A stretch of 64,000 bases of DNA from Candidatus Micrarchaeota archaeon (GCA_027319905.1 DAHVMJ010000001.1:64001-128000), one strand, 5' to 3'. Shown: positions 46,765 to 57,332, counted from the first letter of the stretch. Notes: generated from the sequence alone by a model not told the origin. Made by a program: numbers and translations.

Positions 46765-49536
46765 ATGGCTGCAGACATGTATGAGTTCTTTTTGTCTCGA
46801 TTCGGTAGTCTGACCGATGTTCAGAAAGCAGCATTCGCGCACGTGGAAAATGGGGAGAACTGTATAATAACGGCGCCAACGGGCAGCGGGAAGACGGAAG
46901 CTGCGGTGCTGCCTCTGCTCAACAGGCTGGTCAAAGAGAAGAAAGAGGAAGGGATACGCCTCGTGTATATAACGCCTCTTAGGGCGCTCAACAGAGACAT
47001 GATGAAGAGGCTTGAGCTGCTGGCCAAGGAGGCAGGAATGAGCATATCTGTGCGACACGGAGACACGCCGACAAAAGAAAGACAGCTGCAGGCCGCGTCG
47101 CCTCCGCAGATACTCATAACCACTCCAGAAACGCTGCAGAACCTGTTCCTCTCTCAGCGGTTGAGGAACGCGCTTGGGAACGTGGAGGCTGTCGTGATCG
47201 ACGAACTGCATGAACTCTACTCGAATAAGAGAGGTGCGCAGCTCGCGGTGGCGCTTGAAAGATTGGAAGAGGTGGCAAAAAACTACCAGAGGATTGGCAT
47301 AAGCGCTACGCTAGGCAGCGGCGAGGAGGCGCGCAGGTTCCTGTGCAACGGCAGACAGTGCAGGCTCATCGGCGTGAAGGGAGAGAAGGAGATACGGGTA
47401 AGCATAGAGATGCCGCAACGCCCAGAGCACGCGCACTCGGAGTTCAGACAGAAGTTCAACCTGGACCAGCAGACGCTTGCCAGGATAGAAAGAATCTCGG
47501 CTCTGGTAAAGGAATCTGAATCCACTCTCATATTCGCGAACACGAGACAGGTCGTGGAGTCACTGGGAAGCAAGCTCGTGTACTTCAACAGGACAGAACC
47601 CTTCGGGGGCATCGGCGTACACCACAGTTCGCTGGACAAGGAAGAGAGAATAAAAGTGGAGAACGAGTTCAAGGAGGGGAAGGTCAAAAGCATAATAGCC
47701 ACGAGTTCGCTGGAACTAGGCATAGACATAGGGTCGATAAACCTAGTGGTGCAGTACGGCTCACCAAGGCAGGTCACAAGGCTCGTGCAGAGAGTCGGGA
47801 GGGGAGGCCATAGGGAGAGGGAGGTATCGTATGGCAGGATTCTGGTAGCGAACAACATAGAGGCGCTGGAATCGTTGTCCGTTGCAGCGCAGATGCGCTC
47901 AGGCTCTATAGAGGCGCAGGCAGTAGAAGTGAATGCGCTTGACGTGCTCGCCAACCAGATATGCGCGATGGTGCTCGAATACAAGAAAATAAACACGGAA
48001 AAGATGCTGGACGTGTTGAGGCGTTCGGCGCCGTACGCTGCACTGCGTGCACAGGACTTTGACAGCGTGCTCAGGTTCCTCGATGGCGAGAGGCTGATAA
48101 GGCTGAAGGAGGGCAGCGCCAGCATAGGATACAGATCGCGCGGCTACTTCTTCTCGAACATAAGCGTGATACCTGACACGGTGCGATTCTACGTCAAGAG
48201 CACGATTGGGAATAGGGTAATATCGACTGTTGACGAGCGGTTTGCGACGAACTACCTTGAAGAAGGCACGACGTTCATAACCAAGGGGCTTCCGTGGAAG
48301 GTAGTAAGCATAGACAAGGACGTCGTGTTCGTAGAGCAGAGCGAGGAATTTGAGGCGGCAGTACCAGACTGGGAGGGGGAAGACATACCGGTATCCAGGG
48401 CGACGGCGGCAGGAGTGTATGCCATATTTGACAAGGGCATACTGGACGGGGAGGAAACGCTTGGGAAGGACGCGTCGACGTTGGTGTCAGGGTTTATGGA
48501 GTCACAGAAGAAGTATTTCTCCCCTTCGAGCTCGACGCTCTTCGTGGAGGAGTTGGAGGGCTACGCAGTTGCGCACATGGCCCTTGGAAAGCTTGCGAAC
48601 GAGTTTATAGGGAAGGTGGTCGGTTACGTGGCGTCGCAGTCCTCTGGAGGAAGGGTATCCGTGAGAGCCACGCCGTACGCACTTATAGTTGACTTCGGAG
48701 GGGCGAAGAGGAGACCGAGCATGAAGAAGGTGTTCGAGACAATAAAGAACTACGACATCGGTGGGATGATAAGCAGCGACAGCTTCATCGCCGCCACGGA
48801 CCTCTTCAGATACAAGTTTGTTCAGGTGTGCAAGCTCTTCGGGATAGTGGAGAAGAAAGCGACAATAACCAAGAGCAACGCCGACAGGTTGATCCGCTTC
48901 TATAAGGACTCGCCAATTGCAGATGAAACCGTGCGCGACCTCAAGAAAAACTACTTCGACATGGAGAGCGCGATGGAATTCATAAATGGTTTACGGAAGG
49001 GCAGCATCCACGTCGCGGTGCTGGAGGGAACCGCTTCACCTCTTGCCGAGGAGATAATGAGAGCCACGTATGCATACAGAGAGCTCCTGCTACCTGCTAT
49101 GCCAGACGAAGCCACGATAAACGAGCTGGAACAGAAGATAAACGAGAAGAAGGTGGAACTGCTGTGCACCTACTGCGGACTTGAGTTTTCGAGACAGATA
49201 CACGTGAAGAAGGACGAGTTGCTTGCTTGCTTGCGCTGCAAAAGCCCCATGCTCTGTATGGGCGGTGAGGGGAAGGCCGCTGCAGTAAGGAAGAAGATTG
49301 CAGGCAGAGAACTCGGAGTCGTCGATACCGGGAACTACAAGGAGGCTATGCTGGAAGCGGGACTGGTAGAGGCATATGGCAGCAGGGCTGTGGCGGCGTT
49401 GTCCGTTTATGGGGTCGGGGCCGCAACAGCGGCAAGAATGCTCAGACTCCTCAGGAAAAGTCACAAGCAGTTCTTGATAGATCTTATCGAGGCGCAGAAG
49501 AACTTTGTCAGGACCAAGAAGTACTGGAAGATCTGA
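46765..49536 (+). CDS. lhr: Lhr-like SF2 helicase
   Basis: APTGSGKT, PLRALNRD, TTPE, DELH, SAT, HHSSL, SSLELGID, QRVGR; C-terminal CxxC pair. Confidence 0.92.
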   Translation: MAADMYEFFLSRFGSLTDVQKAAFAHVENGENCIITAPTGSGKTEAAVLPLLNRLVKEKKEEGIRLVYITPLRALNRDMMKRLELLAKEAGMSISVRHGDTPTKERQLQAASPPQILITTPETLQNLFLSQRLRNALGNVEAVVIDELHELYSNKRGAQLAVALERLEEVAKNYQRIGISATLGSGEEARRFLCNGRQCRLIGVKGEKEIRVSIEMPQRPEHAHSEFRQKFNLDQQTLARIERISALVKESESTLIFANTRQVVESLGSKLVYFNRTEPFGGIGVHHSSLDKEERIKVENEFKEGKVKSIIATSSLELGIDIGSINLVVQYGSPRQVTRLVQRVGRGGHREREVSYGRILVANNIEALESLSVAAQMRSGSIEAQAVEVNALDVLANQICAMVLEYKKINTEKMLDVLRRSAPYAALRAQDFDSVLRFLDGERLIRLKEGSASIGYRSRGYFFSNISVIPDTVRFYVKSTIGNRVISTVDERFATNYLEEGTTFITKGLPWKVVSIDKDVVFVEQSEEFEAAVPDWEGEDIPVSRATAAGVYAIFDKGILDGEETLGKDASTLVSGFMESQKKYFSPSSSTLFVEELEGYAVAHMALGKLANEFIGKVVGYVASQSSGGRVSVRATPYALIVDFGGAKRRPSMKKVFETIKNYDIGGMISSDSFIAATDLFRYKFVQVCKLFGIVEKKATITKSNADRLIRFYKDSPIADETVRDLKKNYFDMESAMEFINGLRKGSIHVAVLEGTASPLAEEIMRATYAYRELLLPAMPDEATINELEQKINEKKVELLCTYCGLEFSRQIHVKKDELLACLRCKSPMLCMGGEGKAAAVRKKIAGRELGVVDTGNYKEAMLEAGLVEAYGSRAVAALSVYGVGAATAARMLRLLRKSHKQFLIDLIEAQKNFVRTKKYWKI

Positions 49537-49558
49537 AAGCAGGTAAAAACCATTAAAA

Positions 49559-49870
49559 ATGCGCAGAACAATAGCCACTGAGGATAAAATGGGCGGACCG
49601 GGGAACACGAAGGTTTTGGAGAACGGAAAGCGATCGGAGGTACTAAAGTACATCGCTGAACACGGTCCATCACTCCTTCGAGAAATTTCTAGAACATTGG
49701 CGAAAAATGAGACCGAGAGGAAGCAGGTGTATGCAGCATTGAGGGATCTCGTCGATGGCGGCGTGCTTGTCGATCCTTTGGTTGAAGTCAGAAGAGACGG
49801 ACAAGGTAACAGGATAAGGATCTGGGCGAAGGAGTACCAGTTTACTCCACATCTTCAGGAATCAGCCTGA
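49559..49870 (+). CDS. Small wHTH-like hypothetical protein
   Basis: VLKYI.EHG..LREI...VY.AL.DL...GVL. Confidence 0.6.
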   Translation: MRRTIATEDKMGGPGNTKVLENGKRSEVLKYIAEHGPSLLREISRTLAKNETERKQVYAALRDLVDGGVLVDPLVEVRRDGQGNRIRIWAKEYQFTPHLQESA

Positions 49871-49873
49871 CAG

Positions 49874-49888
49874 TATCAGAATAACAAC
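49874..49888 (+). promoter_or_regulatory. TATCAGAATAACAAC motif, copy 1
   Basis: Identical to 57191-57205; starts 47 bp before TTTAAATA at 49921. Confidence 0.5.
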
Positions 49889-49957
49889 TTTCTGCGTCTA
49901 TTTCGGAAACTGAAGAATTGTTTAAATAGCGAGAAACCCATAACTATTATTGATGGA

Positions 49958-50584
49958 ATGGAGCTATTTGAAGAGATAGACAGCGACAAAGAACATCCGG
50001 TTCCGAAGGTTGCTATCCAAACAACGGTACACATCGGAGGCATGGATATCAAGACGTACGTTTTAAGCTCCTATCTTAGATTCAGAAGCGGAAGCACGCA
50101 GGTGGCGTATAGATGGCAGGCACCTGATGAGAACGACCTAATCGAGATCACATACACTTTAAGCAACATACTCAACCACTTTTCTACAACACAGGAAGGC
50201 AGGTTTAACGGAAAATACGTACACGAGGAAGGCGTGGCTTTTCTTTACGCCTACACCTCCGGCTCTCCCAAAAAAGTGTCCATTGGCGTTGACCTTGAGC
50301 TAATAAGGAAGTCGGCTACCTGGAATGAGAACCCGATGGTGGACTCTTGGACGTTCGAGACAACTGTAAAAGACTGGGCGGCCAACGCGAAGGCTTTCCC
50401 AAGAGAGCAGGGGATTATGTGTATGGCTGAGACTGTTCTCCTCGGCCGCGAACTAGAACTGAAGCTTGCTTCTAGGAACAGGAATGAGTTTCTGTCAAAG
50501 TTCCCTGAGCTTCCGGCATCGCTTAGAGCACAAACGCTGTTGCAGGATTCTAAAGTGCACTTCTCCAGGGCCCGCGTGAGCTAG
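49958..50584 (+). CDS. Hypothetical protein
   Basis: 208-aa ORF with TATA at 49921. Confidence 0.6.
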   Translation: MELFEEIDSDKEHPVPKVAIQTTVHIGGMDIKTYVLSSYLRFRSGSTQVAYRWQAPDENDLIEITYTLSNILNHFSTTQEGRFNGKYVHEEGVAFLYAYTSGSPKKVSIGVDLELIRKSATWNENPMVDSWTFETTVKDWAANAKAFPREQGIMCMAETVLLGRELELKLASRNRNEFLSKFPELPASLRAQTLLQDSKVHFSRARVS

Positions 50585-53022
50585 ACCTGACCGTTTATTG
50601 TTTTCTCTTCAACCATGAGCCTTGCATCGATTACCTTTGCTCCAGGCTCTACTTTCATCAGCCTGACTCCGCTCGCTGACCTGCCCGTAACCCTTATCGA
50701 TGCTATTGGTATCATTATGCTCACCCCCTTGGAGTTTACCAGCAGCAGTTTTGGCTCGTTGCTCAGGAACAGCGCTTTTGCAACTGGCCCCGTTTTCTCG
50801 TTCACCTTGAGATTGATGACACCTCCGCCCCCTCTGCTCTGCATTCTGTATTCTCCAACTTCGGTCATCTTGCCGTAGCCTTTCTCTGAAACGGTGAGCA
50901 CGCTGCCGTTATCGTCCGCTGCTATCAGGTTCTTTGCGGCGTCGCCGTCGTGCAGGCGTATTCCACGTACCCCTGCCGCAGATCTTCCCATAGAACGCAC
51001 ATCCTCCATGCTGAACCTGATTGATTTGCCGTTCTTCGTGGCGATTATTATGTACCCCTGTTCGTCCTTCACAACAATCGCATCGGCTATCTCGTCACCG
51101 TCGTTGAGCGAGATGGCGCGAACGCCTGTGGCCCTGGGTTTGGAGAACAGGTCTGCGCTCGTCCTCTTTATCTGGCCCTTTGTGGTGAGGAAAAGAACGC
51201 TCGACTTCTCGAAGTCCTTTATTCTGAACATCGTCACTATGTTCTCATCCTTTATGTTGAGGAGGTTTGCTATGGCCCTGCCTTCCGAGTACCTGCTGCC
51301 CTCCGGTATGTTGTAGGTCTTTAGCCAGTAGAGCCTGCCAAGATTCGACAGGAAGAGTACGTAGTCCTTGTTCCTCGGAGTTATCATGTGCTTAACGAAA
51401 TCGCCCTCCTTGAGATTCATTGCTATTATCCCCCTGCCGCCCCTCTCCTGGTTTTTGTAGCTGTCTAAGCTCATCTTTTTCACGTAACCTGAATTCGTGA
51501 GGAGAACGCTCACGCGCTCGTCGCTGACAAGGTCCTCGTCCTGTATGTCCATCTGCTGGTCCATGTGAACTATCTCCGTCCTTCTCGGCCTGCCGTATTT
51601 TTTCTTCAGCTCCAGCGTTTCTTCCTTGATTATGCCATCGATCTTCGATGGATCTGCGAGCACATCGGTGTAGCGCAGTATCCTTGAGTTCAATTCCTCC
51701 GCTTCCCTGTTCAGAGTTTTGCTTTCCAGCTGCGTGAGCCTGCCCAGTTTCATTTCAAGAATCGCGCCTGCCTGTTTCTCTGAAAGGGAGTAGTGGGCCA
51801 TGAGCATTGCTCTGGCTTCGCCCACCTCCTTGCAGTCTTTTATCGTTTTAACGACGCTGTCTATCTGCGAGATTGCGATCTCCAAGCCTTGCACTATGTG
51901 AAGCCTTTCTTTGGCAACCCTGAGTTCGAACTGGCTTCTCTTTGCTACAATCTCCCTTCTGTAAGTGATGAACGTGCTGAGCAGCTGTGTTATGCTGAAG
52001 CTCTTGAGCACCTTTCCTGTCACGGCGAGGTTTATCAGCGGGAACGTTGTTTCGAGCTGGGTATGCTTGTACAGCTGGTTCAGTATCTGCTCCGGGTTTG
52101 CGTCTCTGGTCAGGTCTATGACTATGCTTATCCCGTTCCTGTCGCTCTCGTCGCGTATGTCCCTTATGCCTACTATCTTCTTCTCCCTGGCCAGATTCGC
52201 GACGGCTTCTACGAATGCCGCTTTGTTCACGTTGTACGGTATCTCTGTTATAGTTATCCTGCCGCTTGCGTCTGTGCTTACCTTGCCTCTTACAGTGAGC
52301 TGCCCGCGACCGTATTTGTAACCGGTCATTGCGTTCTGCCCCATTATCGCTATGCCGCCAGTTGGAAAGTCCGGTCCTTTGATTATCTCCATTATCGCTT
52401 CGGCGGTGCTGTCCTTGTTGCCGAGCATGTAGAGCACTGCGTCACATACCTCGTTCAGGTTGTGCGGAGGTATGCTGGTGGCGACGCCCACGGCGATGCC
52501 TGCTGCGCCGTTGACAAGAAGGTTGGGAAGTTTGGCAGGGAGTATTTCTGGTTCTTTTTCAGTATTGTCGAAGTTGGGAAGGAAGTTAACCGTCTCCTTG
52601 TCAAGGTCATCAAGAAGTTCTTCAGATATCTTCGCGAGCCGCGCCTCTGTGTAACGCATCGCCGCAGGAGGATCGCCATCGATCGAGCCCCAGTTGCCCT
52701 GGCCTTCGACCAGAGTGTGGTTCATGGCGAAGGTTTGCGCCATCCTCGCCAAAGCATCATATATCGGGAGGTCACCGTGAGGATGAAACCGCCCCATCGT
52801 CGCTCCAACCGTCTTTGCGCTCTTCTGCGTCGGTTTGTCGTGCGTGTTCCCGAGATCGTACATCGTGTAGAGTATTCTCCTCTGCACGGGCTTGAGCCCG
52901 TCGCGGGCGTCAGGTATCGCCCTGCCTATTATCACGCTCATGGCGTAGTCCAGGTAGCTTGTCTGCAGCTCCTCCTCAAGCACTACGTTCTTGGCGTCTG
53001 TCAAAAGATCACTATATGTCAA
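50581..53022 (-). CDS. gyrA: DNA gyrase subunit A
   Basis: [22 protein letters not shown], GyrA-box-like QERGGRG, beta-pinwheel repeats. Confidence 0.96.
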   Translation of the reverse strand: MTYSDLLTDAKNVVLEEELQTSYLDYAMSVIIGRAIPDARDGLKPVQRRILYTMYDLGNTHDKPTQKSAKTVGATMGRFHPHGDLPIYDALARMAQTFAMNHTLVEGQGNWGSIDGDPPAAMRYTEARLAKISEELLDDLDKETVNFLPNFDNTEKEPEILPAKLPNLLVNGAAGIAVGVATSIPPHNLNEVCDAVLYMLGNKDSTAEAIMEIIKGPDFPTGGIAIMGQNAMTGYKYGRGQLTVRGKVSTDASGRITITEIPYNVNKAAFVEAVANLAREKKIVGIRDIRDESDRNGISIVIDLTRDANPEQILNQLYKHTQLETTFPLINLAVTGKVLKSFSITQLLSTFITYRREIVAKRSQFELRVAKERLHIVQGLEIAISQIDSVVKTIKDCKEVGEARAMLMAHYSLSEKQAGAILEMKLGRLTQLESKTLNREAEELNSRILRYTDVLADPSKIDGIIKEETLELKKKYGRPRRTEIVHMDQQMDIQDEDLVSDERVSVLLTNSGYVKKMSLDSYKNQERGGRGIIAMNLKEGDFVKHMITPRNKDYVLFLSNLGRLYWLKTYNIPEGSRYSEGRAIANLLNIKDENIVTMFRIKDFEKSSVLFLTTKGQIKRTSADLFSKPRATGVRAISLNDGDEIADAIVVKDEQGYIIIATKNGKSIRFSMEDVRSMGRSAAGVRGIRLHDGDAAKNLIAADDNGSVLTVSEKGYGKMTEVGEYRMQSRGGGGVINLKVNEKTGPVAKALFLSNEPKLLLVNSKGVSIMIPIASIRVTGRSASGVRLMKVEPGAKVIDARLMVEEKTINGQV

Positions 53023-54931
53023 GGAACTTCACATCTCCGGAATGCTCCTCGAGGAACTTTCTTCTCGGATGCACATCCACACCCATGAGAATCGTGAAGA
53101 GGCTATTTGCTCTCTCGGCGTCAGAGATGCTTACCTTCTTCAATATCCTGTTTGCTGGGTTCATTGTGGTTTCCCACAGCTGCTCTGCGTTCATCTCCCC
53201 CAGGCCCTTGTACCTCTGCACCTCCATCTTCCCGTCAAGCTCTTTCCTTTTCTGCTCAAGTTCGTCATCGGTGTAGCAGTAACCGACGCTCTTGCCTGCG
53301 GTCACCTTGAAAAGCGGTGGTTGAGCTATGTAAATGTAACCGTTCTCTATGAGCTTTCTCATGTAACGATAGAAGAAGGTAAGCAGCAGCGTGCGTATGT
53401 GCTCGCCGTCCACATCTGCGTCGCTCATTATGACTATCTTCTTGTAGCGTGTCTTCTCGGGGTTGAATGTCTCTTTTATACCTGTACCGAGCGCCGTAAC
53501 CAGCACGTTTAGTTCTGCACTCCCGAAAATCCTGTCTTCGGCCGCCTTCTCCACATTCAGGATCTTGCCCCTGAGCGGGAGTATCGCCTGAATCTGCTTG
53601 TCGCGGCCCTCCTTGCTTGACCCTCCGGCGCTCTTCCCCTCGACGATGAAGAGCTCTGTTCTGTCCGGGTCGTCCTCGATGCAGTCAGCGAGCTTCCCAG
53701 GCAGCACCGCGCTTTCGAATATATTCTTTTTTCTCGCGAGTTCGCGGGCGCGTCTCGCGCTCTCCCTCGCATTCATCGCGCCTATTGCCTTCTCCATTAT
53801 GCCTCTGGCATCAGATGGGTGTTCTTCGAAGTATCTGGATAGCGATGCGTAGACGCTCGTCTCGACTATGCTCTTCACTGCAGAATTGCCAAGCTTCTCC
53901 TTTGTCTGGCCTTCGAACTCGGGGTTGGGCATGAGAACGCTGAGTATCGCGGCAAGTCCCTCTCGCGTGTCGTCTCCGGTGACCTTAACGCCGTTCTTGT
54001 TGTTTTTCGCCATGTAATTCACCACCGCTCTGGAGAGACCGCTGTGGAAGCCGACGACGTGGGTCCCGCCCTCTGCTGTCCTTATGTTGTTGACAAATGC
54101 TTCCAGGCGCTCATCGTAGGAATTTACGTACTGCAGAGCGAAGTCTATCACGACCCCGTTATCCTGTTTTCTTTCGTGTATGATGCTTGTGACGCTCTCC
54201 TGGTCCTTGTTTATGTACTTCAGAAAATCCTCTATGCCGTTTTCTGAGAAGAACGCCTCCTCTTCGTGGGAATTGAACCTATTATCGACGAGCGTTATTC
54301 TGAGTCGCGGATTCAGAAAGCAGAGATACCTGAGCCTGTCTTTGAGTTGTGCGGAATCAAACCTTGGGGACGGAAAGACCTCTGGGTCTGGTTTGAACCT
54401 GACCGTTGTGCCGCTTACCTGTGCCTCGCCCACTGTCTCCAAGCCGCTTGTTGGCGTACCCCTGGCAAACTCCTGCTTGTATAGCTTCCCGTCTCTTGCC
54501 ACAGATACCTCGGTAAATTCCGAGAGCGCATTGACTACGGTGAGCCCAACTCCATGCAGGCCTCCGGATATCTTGTACGTATCGTTCGTGAACTTGGCTC
54601 CTTTGTGGAGCGTTGTCATGATGACCTCAACCGCGCTCTTGTTGAACTTCGGCATTATGTCTACTGGTATACCTCTGCCGTCGTCACTTACCTCAGCTAT
54701 ATCTCCGGTCTCATCTTGGGCGAGCGTTATAGAGATGTTCTTGGCGTAGCCGGCCAGCGCCTCGTCTACCGCATTGTCAAGTACTTCGAAAAGAAGATGC
54801 AGGGCGCCTGCGCTGCTTGTGGTGCCGATATACATGGCTGGCCTTTTCCTTATTCCCTGCGGCCCCTCAAGCACCAAAATTTTTGATGCGTTATACTCAT
54901 CCGAATCTTCTGGCATTCTATCCACTGGCAC
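53012..54931 (-). CDS. gyrB: DNA gyrase subunit B
   Basis: IRKRPAMYIG, DDGRGIP, GGLHGVG, VEG.SAGG, PLRGK, DADVDG, RYKGLGEM. Confidence 0.96.
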   Translation of the reverse strand: MPVDRMPEDSDEYNASKILVLEGPQGIRKRPAMYIGTTSSAGALHLLFEVLDNAVDEALAGYAKNISITLAQDETGDIAEVSDDGRGIPVDIMPKFNKSAVEVIMTTLHKGAKFTNDTYKISGGLHGVGLTVVNALSEFTEVSVARDGKLYKQEFARGTPTSGLETVGEAQVSGTTVRFKPDPEVFPSPRFDSAQLKDRLRYLCFLNPRLRITLVDNRFNSHEEEAFFSENGIEDFLKYINKDQESVTSIIHERKQDNGVVIDFALQYVNSYDERLEAFVNNIRTAEGGTHVVGFHSGLSRAVVNYMAKNNKNGVKVTGDDTREGLAAILSVLMPNPEFEGQTKEKLGNSAVKSIVETSVYASLSRYFEEHPSDARGIMEKAIGAMNARESARRARELARKKNIFESAVLPGKLADCIEDDPDRTELFIVEGKSAGGSSKEGRDKQIQAILPLRGKILNVEKAAEDRIFGSAELNVLVTALGTGIKETFNPEKTRYKKIVIMSDADVDGEHIRTLLLTFFYRYMRKLIENGYIYIAQPPLFKVTAGKSVGYCYTDDELEQKRKELDGKMEVQRYKGLGEMNAEQLWETTMNPANRILKKVSISDAERANSLFTILMGVDVHPRRKFLEEHSGDVKFLDI

Positions 54932-55104
54932 CCTGATGGTATAGCTTGCGGTTCAACCATTATAAAGCTTTGTGGGGCATTTTGTCGTCGAAAATTTGAC
55001 CTCGAAAACGCGCATTTCCCAGGCCCTAATGAAATGCATAAATACCTTTCCTGATGCGCAGATGTAATATATTTTTGCTGTGATGTAGTGACAAGGGGAA
55101 GCTT

Positions 55105-56430
55105 TTGAAAAAAGAAAAAATAATAATCATGGGGGCTGCGGGGCGCGATTTCCATCAGTTCAACACGCTGTTCAGGAACAACCCGGGCTATGACGTGGTT
55201 GCGTTTACCGCAACGCAGATCCCTTTCATCTCGGACAGGAGATACCCAAAAGAGCTTAGCGGCAGGCTCTATCCCGAGGGCATCAAGATATACGATGAGT
55301 CGGAACTGCCTGCGCTGATAAAGAAGTTTGGAGCAGACGTCTGTTCGCTGGCGTACAGCGATCTGCCATATCAGACGGTGATGGAAAAGGGCAGTCTGGT
55401 CAACGCGAATGGGGCAAACTTTGTGCTCTTTGCGCCTGAGCTGCAGATGCTCAGATCGAAGAAACCGGTAATAGCCATATGCGCGGTAAGAACCGGAAGC
55501 GGGAAGAGTCCGACAACCAGGTACGTGTCGAAACTTCTAAGAGAACTTGGTGTCAGGGTAGCAATAATAAGGCACCCGATGCCCTATGGCGACCTGAGGG
55601 AACAGATAGTGGAAAGGTTCGCAACGTTGAAGGACCTGGACAAGTACAAGACCACCATAGAAGAGCGGGAGGACTATGAACCTCACATAAGGAACGGTTT
55701 TGTTGTGTATGCTGGAGTGGACTACGAGAAGATACTCAGGCGTGCCGAGAAGGAGGCAGACGTCGTGATATGGGACGGTGGTAACAATGACGCATCGTTC
55801 ATAAAACCGGACCTGATGGTAACCGTGGCTGACCCCCTGAGAGCCGGAGACGAACTCGCCTACTACCCAGGGGAGACTGTTGCCAGAGCCGCAGATATAC
55901 TTCTTATAAACAAGGTGAACTCGGCCAAAAAGAGCGATGTGGAGAGAGTAAGGGCCAATCTGAGAAGCATAAACAGCAAGGCTAAGATACTGCTTGCAGA
56001 TTCAGTGGTAAGCGTGGACAACGAACGGATAATAAAAGGGGCCAGCGCGCTTCTTGTGGAGGATGGCCCAACAATAACCCACGGGCATATGCGCTTCGGC
56101 GCTGCCACGGTGGCGGCAAAGCAGTTCGGATCTGGACGAATTGTGGATGCTAAGAGGTACGCGGTGGGCACCATAAAGGACACGTTTGGGAGGTACCCGG
56201 AGCTGGACAAAGAGTTGCCCGCTATGGGCTACAGCTTGAAGCAGATAAAGGACCTTGAAGCCACGATTAACAGAGCTGACTGCGATATTGTTATCTCGGC
56301 AACACCGACAAATCTCAGACGCCTTGTAAACGCAAACAAACCCATGGTGCAGGTATCGTACGAGATAAGCCCGCACGGAAAGGAATTTGATTCTTTAATA
56401 AAGAGGTTTGTAAGAACAAGGGTGAAGTGA
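55105..56430 (+). CDS. COG2403 P-loop protein (cPGS-like, GAAGRDFH subfamily); possible arginine synthetase
   Basis: MGAAGRDFH, AVRTGSGKS, RHPMPYG, TIEEREDYEPH, WDGGNND, VEDGPT, LPAMGY. Confidence 0.8.
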   Translation: MKKEKIIIMGAAGRDFHQFNTLFRNNPGYDVVAFTATQIPFISDRRYPKELSGRLYPEGIKIYDESELPALIKKFGADVCSLAYSDLPYQTVMEKGSLVNANGANFVLFAPELQMLRSKKPVIAICAVRTGSGKSPTTRYVSKLLRELGVRVAIIRHPMPYGDLREQIVERFATLKDLDKYKTTIEEREDYEPHIRNGFVVYAGVDYEKILRRAEKEADVVIWDGGNNDASFIKPDLMVTVADPLRAGDELAYYPGETVARAADILLINKVNSAKKSDVERVRANLRSINSKAKILLADSVVSVDNERIIKGASALLVEDGPTITHGHMRFGAATVAAKQFGSGRIVDAKRYAVGTIKDTFGRYPELDKELPAMGYSLKQIKDLEATINRADCDIVISATPTNLRRLVNANKPMVQVSYEISPHGKEFDSLIKRFVRTRVK

Positions 56431-56440
56431 CCCTTATTTT

Positions 56441-56515
56441 GGGCTCGTAACTCAGATTGGTCAGAGTGGCTGGCTCTTAACCAGCAAGTCGAGGGTTCAA
56501 ATCCCTCCGAGCCCG
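56441..56515 (+). tRNA. tRNA-Lys(CTT)
   Basis: GGGCTCG/CGAGCCC, anticodon arm GCTGG-CTCTTAA-CCAGC, T-loop TTCAAAT. Confidence 0.95.
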
Positions 56516-56521
56516 CGATGC

Positions 56522-57073
56522 TTAGTAAGGAGTAAAACTGATCTGCGAATCGACCATCTTACGGTAGAATGCCTCATCGGCCGTATCTTCTTTGGGCCTT
56601 ATCAAAAGATGATCGAACCCAGTCCAGATGGTGAACCAACTTGCTGGCGTTAATACGATCTCTATTGCGTCTTTTGTCAGCGCGCTGAGAATGCCGGTTG
56701 AAGTCAGAAGCACATCTGTGAGACCTATCGCTGCGCCGGCGATGATAAGAAGCGCAGCCTGTTTGCGGCGCCTTGAGGCGTCGTCCTTTATCAGCCTGTA
56801 GTGCTTCCTGAAGTGGTTCCTGAGCCGTTGTTTTATAAGTTCCTCGTCAGTCATGTTTCTTGCTGCTTTTGGTATCAAGAACATCAGTTCTGTGCCTGCG
56901 CCTTTGTCCAGCGCGGCTTTTTTGGCCGCAGCAAGGAAGTCTTCCGAAAGACTGCGCACAGTGTAGGGTCTTGGGTCGAAGTCAGAGAACAGATCGTCAT
57001 ACGTATCTAGCACAAGGCTTATCTCTGCCTTGTCTATAAGGCTCTTTATGCCTATCTTTGCAACGTCTCCCAT
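56522..57073 (-). CDS. Conserved hypothetical membrane protein
   Basis: YDDLFSDFDPRP...LSEDF, two C-terminal TMs. Confidence 0.75.
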   Translation of the reverse strand: MGDVAKIGIKSLIDKAEISLVLDTYDDLFSDFDPRPYTVRSLSEDFLAAAKKAALDKGAGTELMFLIPKAARNMTDEELIKQRLRNHFRKHYRLIKDDASRRRKQAALLIIAGAAIGLTDVLLTSTGILSALTKDAIEIVLTPASWFTIWTGFDHLLIRPKEDTADEAFYRKMVDSQISFTPY

Positions 57074-57144
57074 GACCGATATTCGATATTTGTGTTTTTA
57101 AGCCTGAGAGGCGCGGAGCGCCATATGGTACGGCATTCCGTATG

Positions 57145-57261
57145 TTTAAATATCAGAAGAGGCATAGTATAGGATAGGCGACACTGGTATTATCAGAATA
57201 ACAACCAATTCAGTGCATTCTGCATAAAAAGACGTTATTTAAATATAAGAAGAGGCATAGT
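57145..57261 (+). repeat. 24-bp direct repeat containing a TATA box (57145-57168 and 57238-57261)
   Basis: TTTAAATAT[C/A]AGAAGAGGCATAGT, 23/24 identical, 93 bp apart. Confidence 0.85.
57191..57205 (+). promoter_or_regulatory. TATCAGAATAACAAC motif, copy 2
   Basis: Starts 47 bp before TTTAAATA at 57238. Confidence 0.5.
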
Positions 57262-57332
57262 GTTAGTTGCGGAAAGAAGCACAAATAGTCTACTTACGTG
57301 GTGCTGCTTGAAGCGGCTATGAAGGAATAATC

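Noticed and set aside
51793..53088. 431-aa plus-strand ORF and similar long antisense ORFs (e.g. 12891-13646, 47283-48125)
   Set aside because: Shadow frames opposite well-supported genes (gyrA, thermosome, lhr)
57145..57261. CRISPR array
   Set aside because: Only two copies, a 69-bp gap, a TATA-like unit and no cas genes
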